Shown: one piece after another, positions 9,441-17,170 of the stretch | Numbering within the stretch: position 1 is the stretch's first letter | Layout of the letters: each line of letters opens with the position of its first letter | NCBI GenBank assembly: GCA_002439705.1 | Contig: DJPE01000092.1 | Span: forward strand, 1 to 24,000 | Direction of reading: 5' to 3' | DNA: 24,000 bases | Source: Christensenella sp. UBA6420 | GTDB taxonomy: Bacteria; Bacillota; Clostridia; Christensenellales; DTU072 | Notes under the pieces: model-generated | What the model was told of the DNA's origin: nothing | The model's input: the letters and a program-made list of their open reading frames with translations, nothing else | Database searches by the model: none | Program-made: the position numbers and the translations under genes

Positions 9441-10272
9441 GGCGGTCGGAGGGAAATTCGACGTAAAAATCGACGGACAAAAATACGTCGACTGCATAAT
9501 ACGCGGCACGGCTAAACGCGCCCGCGACGTTTTCGTAGGCGATTATTGCGAAGTAGACGACGGGATAATAACCAAAATTTACGACAGAAAGAACGAACTT
9601 ATCCGCCCGTACGTAGCCAATATCGACGCCCTTATTATTACCGTCGCGCCCGTACCCGAACCCGACTGGATATGCGTGGAAAAACTTATTCTTAACTGCC
9701 ATCATCAGTCGATTACGCCCGTCGTGTTACTTAATAAATGCGACCTTGTCGATAAAGCTACGCAGGAAAAGTTCCTTGCACCGTACGAAGAGGACTTTAT
9801 TACCTTCCGCGTTTCGGCGAGGAATAACGAAGGGATAGAAGAACTGAAAGAGTTTATTAAAGGAAAACTCGTGTGTTTTGCGGGGCAAAGCGCGGTAGGG
9901 AAAAGTTCTTTAATTAACGCGCTCGGAAAGAACAATCTCGAAGTAGGGGAACTCAGTAAGAAGATAGCAAGGGGAAAGAACACTACCCGTCACGTAGAAA
10001 TTTACGACGTAGCGGGGGGAGAAGTCGCAGATACCTGCGGTTTTTCCGTGTCGGAACATATCGACATCAAGGCGGAAGAACTCGTTTATTATTACGACGA
10101 GTTCCTTGCGTATCAGAACGAGTGTCGGTATAATAACTGCACGCACACGAACGAACCGGGGTGTGCGGTGAAAAAGGCGGTCGAAGAAAAAAAACTTAAC
10201 GAAGCCCGTTATTTAAGATACGTCACTTTATATAAAGCGTTAAAGGAGAGTTGGAAAAAGAAATATGACTAA
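9421..10272 (+). CDS. rsgA: Ribosome small-subunit biogenesis GTPase RsgA (YloQ/CpgA); start placed at a non-canonical ATA
   Basis: Circularly permuted GTPase motifs LLNKCDL (G4), GQSAVGKSSL (G1) and the zinc knuckle CRYNNCTHTNEPGCAV. The same frame stays open back to 9376. From 9421 it encodes KGQIVKAVGGKFDV...VGDYCEV...RKNELIRPYVANIDALIITVA, which is the RsgA OB-fold/N-terminal region. The first ATG/GTG/TTG in that frame is only at 9676. GGAGG (9410-9414) lies 6 nt before ATA 9421. Confidence 0.8.
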   Translation: MKGQIVKAVGGKFDVKIDGQKYVDCIIRGTAKRARDVFVGDYCEVDDGIITKIYDRKNELIRPYVANIDALIITVAPVPEPDWICVEKLILNCHHQSITPVVLLNKCDLVDKATQEKFLAPYEEDFITFRVSARNNEGIEELKEFIKGKLVCFAGQSAVGKSSLINALGKNNLEVGELSKKIARGKNTTRHVEIYDVAGGEVADTCGFSVSEHIDIKAEELVYYYDEFLAYQNECRYNNCTHTNEPGCAVKKAVEEKKLNEARYLRYVTLYKALKESWKKKYD

Positions 10273-10930
10273 ACGTGAGATAATAGTTGCGCCGTCAATT
10301 TTAAGCGGCGATTTCGCAAACATGGGACACAGCGTAAAACAGCTCGAAGAATGGGGCGGCGATTACGTTCATTGCGACGTTATGGACGGAGTCTACGTCA
10401 ACAACATTACTTTCGGTATGCCGATGATAGCGGCGTTAAGGAAGATTACCGACAAGACTCTCGACGTTCACCTTATGATTACCGAACCGGAAAAGTACGT
10501 CGAAAAGTTCGCCGACGCGGGGAGCGATATTATTACTTTCCACCCCGACGCAAGTAAGGACGCGAAAGGTACGCTGGCAAAAATCAGAGCTAAGGGCAAA
10601 AAATGCGGATTAGTCTTTAATCCCGACGTGCCTATCGAACCGTATAAAGATTTGTTTTCGGAATGCGACGTAGTTATGATAATGACGGTTTACGCAGGTA
10701 AGGGCGGACAGAGCCTTATACCTCGTTGCATCGACAGAATAAGGGAAGTCAAGAGTATTCTCGACGATATGGGGATAGATATTCCCGTCGAAGCTGACGG
10801 AGGCATCGGAGAAAACAACGTCGGGGAAGTGACCGACGCGGGAGCTACCGTAATAGTAGCGGGCAGCAGCGTATATAAGTCGGCTGATCCGTCGCTTACG
10901 ATAAGAAAACTCAAAGGGGTAACGAAATAA
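10265..10930 (+). CDS. rpe: Ribulose-phosphate 3-epimerase
   Basis: VAPSILSGDFANMG, HCDVMDG, DVHLMI, and VDGGI-type ADGGIGENN. Overlaps the rsgA stop by 8 nt. Confidence 0.95.
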   Translation: MTKREIIVAPSILSGDFANMGHSVKQLEEWGGDYVHCDVMDGVYVNNITFGMPMIAALRKITDKTLDVHLMITEPEKYVEKFADAGSDIITFHPDASKDAKGTLAKIRAKGKKCGLVFNPDVPIEPYKDLFSECDVVMIMTVYAGKGGQSLIPRCIDRIREVKSILDDMGIDIPVEADGGIGENNVGEVTDAGATVIVAGSSVYKSADPSLTIRKLKGVTK

Positions 10931-11050
10931 AAAATTTTTTCATATAATGCTCCGAAACAGACAGGAGAATGTATGAAAATAATTTGTATCAAATGCCCCG
11001 AAATAATAAAAAAAATAATAAACGCAATCAAACCTAAGACGTAAAAGGAA

Positions 11051-11683
11051 ATGACTACGAAAGAAGCGGAGAATATATATAAAAAACTTTCGACAGCGCA
11101 CCCGCAAGCCGAGTGCGAATTGTCGTACAATACGCCGTTTCAGTTGCTTGTGGCGGTAATTTTGTCTGCTCAATGTACCGACGCGAGAGTAAACAAAGTC
11201 ACCGAAAAAATGTTCAAGGTACTCGATACGCCCGAAAAGTACGCACGTCTTACCGAAGAAGAGCTTATTCCTTACATAAAAAGTTGCGGCTTTTTCAACA
11301 ACAAAGCGAAAAACATTATCGCAATGAGTAAGGAAATAGTAGAAAAGTACGGCGGCGAAGTGCCGAGGGATTTCGATACGCTGACGACTCTGCCCGGAGT
11401 AGGCAGGAAGACAGCGAGCGTAGTGAGCGCGGTGGCGTTCGGGATACCGTCTGTACCCGTGGACACGCACGTTTTCAGGGTGGCGCACAGGCTGGGAATA
11501 TCGGACGGAAAGACTCCTTTCGACGTGGAAAAGGATATTAAGAATACTTTTCCGCCGGAATGTTGGAACAGCCTTCACCATTATATGATATTCCACGGGC
11601 GGTACGTTTGTCACAGCAGACGCCCCGACTGCGAAAATTGTACGTTGAGAGAAAATTGCAAATACTATAAGAAAGAGAGGTAA
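11051..11683 (+). CDS. nth: Endonuclease III (DNA-(apurinic/apyrimidinic site) lyase)
   Basis: LVAVILSAQCTD, HhH-GPD LPGVGRKTASVV...VDTHV, and the C-terminal 4Fe-4S loop CHSRRPDCENCTLRENC. Confidence 0.93.
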   Translation: MTTKEAENIYKKLSTAHPQAECELSYNTPFQLLVAVILSAQCTDARVNKVTEKMFKVLDTPEKYARLTEEELIPYIKSCGFFNNKAKNIIAMSKEIVEKYGGEVPRDFDTLTTLPGVGRKTASVVSAVAFGIPSVPVDTHVFRVAHRLGISDGKTPFDVEKDIKNTFPPECWNSLHHYMIFHGRYVCHSRRPDCENCTLRENCKYYKKER

Positions 11684-12943
<1,260 letters not shown>

Positions 12944-12955
12944 GGAGAAAATATT

Positions 12956-13246
12956 ATGTTAGACAGCAAAACGAGAAAACTTTTAAGCGGAAAAGGACAA
13001 ACTCTCACCCCGATTTTTCAGGTGGGAAAGAACGCTCTCGACGGCGTTATTACCAAAGAAATAAACGACGCGTTGGAAGCCCGCGAACTTATAAAAATAT
13101 CCGTATTGAAAAACTGCGATTTTACCGCGAGAGAAATACTCGACGAACTTTGCGAAGACTTGTCTGCCGACCCCGTAAGCTGCGTAGGGAACAAAATAGT
13201 CTTATACAGACGCAGCTCCCGCAAGGACGTAAAACATATTCTTTAA
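12956..13246 (+). CDS. yhbY: YhbY/YqeI family (CRS1-YhbY) RNA-binding ribosome assembly protein
   Basis: 96 aa. Shows LSGKGQTLTPIFQVGKNALDGVITKEINDALEARELIKISVL and the tail GNKIVLYR. AGGAG lies upstream. Confidence 0.85.
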   Translation: MLDSKTRKLLSGKGQTLTPIFQVGKNALDGVITKEINDALEARELIKISVLKNCDFTAREILDELCEDLSADPVSCVGNKIVLYRRSSRKDVKHIL

Positions 13247-14013
13247 TAGCTTTCGCCCTTAATATAGCAGATTATCGAAAGGGATAAGGTAATTACCGCA
13301 AAAACAAGGTAATAAATTTTCAGCGGAGTGAAAAGGCACCCGAACACGAGTCCCACGCCCGAAATAAGAAAATATTTCGCTTTATCTTTCGATATTATAC
13401 CGTTAATAAGTTCTCGGAAAAACTGTTTCGAGAACTTTTTTTTCGTCTTTACTTTCGGCTTTTCGGGTAGGACAAACCTGTCCGTTAAATTGCGGCTTAC
13501 CAAAAAATCGCGGACGACTTTCGTCGGTAAAAATTTGAAATTAAGGGGCAAACCGCGGGCGAAAAGGAGTAATTCGCGCGTGTTCTGACGGCTTAAAACC
13601 ACGCAGTCGTTTACGCCGTTATCTTTGCAGGTTCGGAAAAATTTGGCTATATCGTCTTTTGACGTGGGAAAGAATTTGTAGTTCGGGAAAACTATTATTT
13701 TTTTGCCGTTTTCGTCGTAAGAAAAACAAAAATCGTTTATTTTCTTTGCGGTTTCGGGTGGCAGGGCGGAAATAAAAAGTTCGGTCTGAGCCGAGATTCC
13801 GATAAAGGATAATCCGTCTTCGGTTTTGCTTAAGGAGATTTTTTTCGTTTTTTTATAGCGGTTAGCTATTTTAAGAAAGGATACGCAGATAGTTACGGTT
13901 AGAAGAAAGGCTATTATCGCCGCCGACGCTACGTTTTTTGCGGCGACGTAGGATATTGCGAATATAATCAAGAAAATATTTACGGAGATAATAATTTTAT
14001 CGGTTTTTTTCAT
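13243..14013 (-). CDS. Hypothetical integral membrane protein: two N-terminal and two C-terminal predicted TM helices around a ~150-aa soluble domain
   Basis: One of only two minus-strand calls in the window and the only complete one (256 aa). No competing + strand ORF longer than 86 aa. Hydrophobic stretches are IIISVNIFLIIFAISYVAA, ASAAIIAFLLTVTICVSFL, YFLISGVGLVFGCLF and IYYLVFAVITLSLSIICYI. I recognise no family and see no clear SD. Confidence 0.6.
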   Translation of the reverse strand: MKKTDKIIISVNIFLIIFAISYVAAKNVASAAIIAFLLTVTICVSFLKIANRYKKTKKISLSKTEDGLSFIGISAQTELFISALPPETAKKINDFCFSYDENGKKIIVFPNYKFFPTSKDDIAKFFRTCKDNGVNDCVVLSRQNTRELLLFARGLPLNFKFLPTKVVRDFLVSRNLTDRFVLPEKPKVKTKKKFSKQFFRELINGIISKDKAKYFLISGVGLVFGCLFTPLKIYYLVFAVITLSLSIICYIKGESY

Positions 14014-14052
14014 AGTTTATACTATTTTTGCCGCAAAGAAAGGAATATAAAC

Positions 14053-14081
14053 TTGTAAGTGAGTAAAAAAGGTGGTATCAT
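14053..14081 (+). promoter_or_regulatory. Candidate SigA-type extended -10 promoter for nadD-yqeK
   Basis: TTGTAA (14053-14058), 17-nt spacer, TGgTATCAT (14073-14081). The -10 ends only 6 nt before ATG 14088. The same GGTGG could instead act as an SD with a long 12-nt spacing. Confidence 0.4.
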
Positions 14082-14087
14082 ATAACT

Positions 14088-15182
14088 ATGAAAACAGCAA
14101 TATTCGGGGGAGCGTTCGACCCTTTCCATAAAGAACACAAAAGCATTATCGTAAACGCTCAGAAAAGTCTGTCGCTTGACAGAGTGGTAGTCGTGCCGAG
14201 CTTTTTGCCGCCGCATAAAGACCATCTTTGCAGTCCGTACGAAGTAAGGAGAGAAATGGTAAAAGCCGGCGTAAGCGACCTACCTTACGTAATTATCGAC
14301 GATATAGAAAAAGAACGGGGGAAAGTCAACCCTACGTCCGTTACGTTACCTGTTCTGAAAGAAAAATATCCGTCGGACGAATTTTATTTTATTATGGGCG
14401 GCGACAGCGTCAAGAACTTTCACAGTTGGATAAACCCGCAAAAAATCGCCGATACGGCTACGCTCGCCGTGGTGGAACGGAGCGGTTGCGGCGACTTCGA
14501 TACCGACGTAAAATCGCTCGTAGATACTTACGAAGCGAAAGTGGTAAAAATCCCGTATGTAGGGAAACGGGTATCCAGTTCCGTCGTTAAGGCTACCGTA
14601 GAATTAGGTTTGGAGTCTGACGATATATCCGACGAAGTACGGAATATTATCGATGAACACGGGCTGTACAGAAAGTTCGGTTCTATAATAGAAAAGCTGA
14701 AAGCCGATATTCCCGAAAGGACGTTTATTCACTGCTCGTCTACGGCCATATACGGAGAGAACTTCGCGGGAGAAAACAAACTTACTTACGAAGAAGTATT
14801 TTTAGCGTGTATCTTACACGACTGCGCGAAGCATATTAAAGCAGAGATGGACGGAGTACCCGCGCCGGTCGTACATCAGTTTACGGGGGCTGAAAGGGCG
14901 AGGGATTATTACGGCGTAACCGACGAAAGGATATTGAGCGCGATAAGATACCACACTTCGGGCAAACCCGATATGACCAAACTGCAAAAATTAACTTTCA
15001 GCGCGGATATGTTGGAACCGAACAGGAATTTCGACGGTGTGGAGAAACTTCGGGCAATTATGGACGAAGACTTCGAAAAAGGTTTCGTAGCCTGCGTGAA
15101 CGCAACTTATACGCACCTTTTGGAAAAAGGCGGAGAAATTTATCCCTTGACGAAAGAGTGCGCGGAATATTACAATAAATAA
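14088..15182 (+). CDS. nadD: Fused nicotinate-nucleotide adenylyltransferase (NadD) / HD-domain Ap4A hydrolase (YqeK)
   Basis: Residues 1-194 read IFGGAFDPFHKEH...FIMGGDS...VSSSVVK...EHGLY, which is NadD. Residues 195-364 read ERTFIHCSST...ACILHDCAK...IRYHTSG...ADMLEPNR, the YqeK HD-domain motifs. It is one uninterrupted 364-codon frame. Confidence 0.88.
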   Translation: MKTAIFGGAFDPFHKEHKSIIVNAQKSLSLDRVVVVPSFLPPHKDHLCSPYEVRREMVKAGVSDLPYVIIDDIEKERGKVNPTSVTLPVLKEKYPSDEFYFIMGGDSVKNFHSWINPQKIADTATLAVVERSGCGDFDTDVKSLVDTYEAKVVKIPYVGKRVSSSVVKATVELGLESDDISDEVRNIIDEHGLYRKFGSIIEKLKADIPERTFIHCSSTAIYGENFAGENKLTYEEVFLACILHDCAKHIKAEMDGVPAPVVHQFTGAERARDYYGVTDERILSAIRYHTSGKPDMTKLQKLTFSADMLEPNRNFDGVEKLRAIMDEDFEKGFVACVNATYTHLLEKGGEIYPLTKECAEYYNK

Positions 15183-15273
15183 CGAGATTCGGCGGTTAAA
15201 TTCAAAAAGGTACGAATCTAAGTCCTTTTGTAACGCCCCGTAACGAATAGCAAACAACAAGGAGAAACAACTT

Positions 15274-15618
15274 ATGGAATCGAAAGAAATAAAAGATTTG
15301 GTCGTGTCGCTTTTGCAGGAAAAGAAAGCGGTGGATATAACGGTAATCGACGTGGAAAAGCAGTCTTCCGTGACCGACTTTTTCGTAATCGCCACCGGCA
15401 GAAGCACCACGCAGGTAAAAGCTCTCGTCGATTTTCTCGACGAAAAGGGAGAAGAAAAAGGACTCACGGCATATCGCCGCGACGGCGTACGCGAAGCGAG
15501 ATGGGTTGTTCTCGACTACGGATCGGTAATAGTACACGTCTTTAACGACGCTACCCGTGACTTTTACAATCTCGAAAAACTTTGGGGTAACGGCGAAAAT
15601 ATCGAAAGAATAGATTAA
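15274..15618 (+). CDS. rsfS: Ribosome silencing factor RsfS (iojap family)
   Basis: 114 aa, KKAVDITVIDVEKQSSVTDFFVIATGRSTTQVKAL...WVVLDYGSVIVHVF. AGGAG lies 9 nt upstream. Confidence 0.93.
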   Translation: MESKEIKDLVVSLLQEKKAVDITVIDVEKQSSVTDFFVIATGRSTTQVKALVDFLDEKGEEKGLTAYRRDGVREARWVVLDYGSVIVHVFNDATRDFYNLEKLWGNGENIERID

Positions 15619-15634
15619 TTTTTCGGGTGAAAAA

Positions 15635-16258
15635 ATGAAAGTATTGCTTATTAACGGAAGTCCGAGAAAGAACGGTTGCACGTTTACGGCTTTAAGCGAA
15701 GTTGCGAAAACGTTGAATTCCGAAGGGATAGAAACCGAAATTTTACAGGTAGGGGCTAATCCCGTACGCGACTGCATAGGCTGCGGCGGATGCAGGGGCA
15801 AAAATAAGTGCGTGTTCGACGACGATATGGTAAACGAGTGGACGGAAAAAGCTAAGTCTGCAGACGGTTTCGTATTCGGTACGCCCGTCTATTACGCCCA
15901 TCCGTCGGGCAGAATACTGAGCGTCCTGGACAGAATGTTTTATTCCGCGGGAGAAAATTTCAGCCATAAACCCGCCGCCGTGATAGCTTCGGCTCGACGC
16001 GCGGGAACGACCGCTTCTCTCGACGCGATAGCAAAGTATTGCGGCATAAAAGAAATGCCCGTCGTGTCGTCCACTTATTGGAATATGGTCCACGGCAACA
16101 CCCCCGAAGAAGTCGTAAAAGACCTTGAAGGGATGCAGACCATGCGTAACGTAGGGAAGAACATGGCGTGGCTTCTTAAATGTATCGACTCGGGGAAAAA
16201 GTCGGGAATACCCGTACCCGCGACCGAAACGAAAGACAAGACGAATTTTATAAGATAG
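15635..16258 (+). CDS. Flavodoxin-like NAD(P)H-dependent FMN reductase, iron-sulfur flavoprotein (Isf)-like
   Basis: MKVLLINGSPRKNGCT N-terminus and FGTPVYYAHPSG. A compact cysteine cluster C47-x2-C50-x2-C53-x5-C59 (nt 15773-15811) resembles the one in Isf proteins. Confidence 0.75.
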   Translation: MKVLLINGSPRKNGCTFTALSEVAKTLNSEGIETEILQVGANPVRDCIGCGGCRGKNKCVFDDDMVNEWTEKAKSADGFVFGTPVYYAHPSGRILSVLDRMFYSAGENFSHKPAAVIASARRAGTTASLDAIAKYCGIKEMPVVSSTYWNMVHGNTPEEVVKDLEGMQTMRNVGKNMAWLLKCIDSGKKSGIPVPATETKDKTNFIR

Positions 16259-16289
16259 TTTTTCATAACGTATAAAAAGGAGAGAAAAA

Positions 16290-16667
16290 ATGAAAAAGAG
16301 AAGCATAATGGAAGTAATATTATTGTCCATAGTGACTTGCGGCATTTACGGAATATATTGGTTTATTACCGTAACCAACGAGATAGAAGGAGCTCTTGCC
16401 GACAGAAGCGACGGACATTGCAGCAGCGGGATTACTGCGTTTTTGCTGAATTTGGTTACCTGCGGCATTTACGGTTTGTATTGGTGGTACGCAGAAGGAA
16501 AGAGACTGGCTTTGCTCGGAGAAATCCGCGGAGTCAAGATAGGCGACAATTCGGTAGCGTATCTAGTGCTGTCGCTGTTCGGGTTCGGGATAGTGTCCAC
16601 CGCTCTTATGCAGAACGATATAAACAGTATTGTGGATGCGGAAGAACACGGAATTACCGAACAATAA
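16290..16667 (+). CDS. DUF4234-type small membrane protein
   Basis: 125 aa with the motif VTCGIYG(I/L)YW present twice (nt 16332-16361 and 16455-16484), each inside a hydrophobic segment. AGGAG lies 7 nt upstream. Confidence 0.7.
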   Translation: MKKRSIMEVILLSIVTCGIYGIYWFITVTNEIEGALADRSDGHCSSGITAFLLNLVTCGIYGLYWWYAEGKRLALLGEIRGVKIGDNSVAYLVLSLFGFGIVSTALMQNDINSIVDAEEHGITEQ

Positions 16668-17097
16668 CGGTATAGAAACCAAAAAGGGAGAGGGAATAAG
16701 TCTTATTATATGGCTTATCCTTTTTGCGTTATACTGCGTGCTTACGACTGAGTTTTTGGGTTCGGCGTGTCCGGTTTACCTTATTTTCGGCATTCCTTGC
16801 CCCGGATGCGGAATGACGAGAGCGTGGATAAGTTTGTTTAGCGGCGATATAGCGAAGGCTTTTTATTTCCACCCTGCTTTTTTAGCGGCGGCGATTATTG
16901 CCGCGTGCGTAATTTTGTGTGGAATTAAACCGAAACTCAAAAAAAGTAAAGTTATTACAGGAATATATTTAGTTTTGTGCGTTGTGTTTTTAGCTGCGTA
17001 TATTTACCGTATGGTAGTATTTTTCCCGAACGAAGAGCCGATAAATTATAACGAAAATTCCCTTTTGGCTATAATAATAAGGGCGTTTTCACATTGA
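16636..17097 (+). CDS. DUF2752-type membrane protein
   Basis: CPVYLIFGIPCPGCGMTRAW signature followed by hydrophobic helices. Overlaps the 3' end of the DUF4234 gene. The ORF track starts at TTG 16630 and the first ATG is 16636. Confidence 0.7.
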   Translation: MRKNTELPNNNGIETKKGEGISLIIWLILFALYCVLTTEFLGSACPVYLIFGIPCPGCGMTRAWISLFSGDIAKAFYFHPAFLAAAIIAACVILCGIKPKLKKSKVITGIYLVLCVVFLAAYIYRMVVFFPNEEPINYNENSLLAIIIRAFSH

Positions 17098-17170
17098 GCG
17101 GAACGCAAAAACATATAAGTTCGGCTTTTTGCGGCGTAAAGCGTTGCGTGGCGAACGATATGCGAAAGAG

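Noticed and set aside
9676-10272. rsgA as a 198-aa protein starting at GTG 9676
   Set aside because: It would delete the conserved OB-fold and the NELIRP..AN.D segment, which are encoded in frame immediately upstream. See the finding on the non-canonical start.
10929-10940. A6T6 palindrome right after the rpe stop as a terminator or structured element
   Set aside because: A pure A/T palindrome has no stable stem. It is more likely just AT-rich spacer or an UP-like tract for the weak TATAAT at 10943.
10940-11614. Long antisense ORFs (10940-11614 opposite nth; 15202-15801 and 15743-16345 opposite rsfS/Isf; 6572-7114 opposite fmt; 18935-19465 opposite trkH; 1423-1905 opposite yicC/gmk)
   Set aside because: These are shadow ORFs of strongly supported + strand genes. 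Their translations are compositionally odd (R/F/Y/S-rich) and show no recognisable motifs.
15183-15273. Inverted repeat AGATTCG (15186-15192) / CGAATCT (15212-15218) between nadD-yqeK and rsfS as an attenuator or terminator
   Set aside because: The stem is 7 bp with a loop of about 19 nt and no T-tract, and the spacer is short (91 nt). This is insufficient evidence.
17103-17132. Hairpin CGCAAAAA...TTTTTGCG after the DUF2752 gene as a terminator
   Set aside because: The stem is 8 bp and AT-rich, the loop is 14 nt, and no T-tract follows. It is too weak to call.
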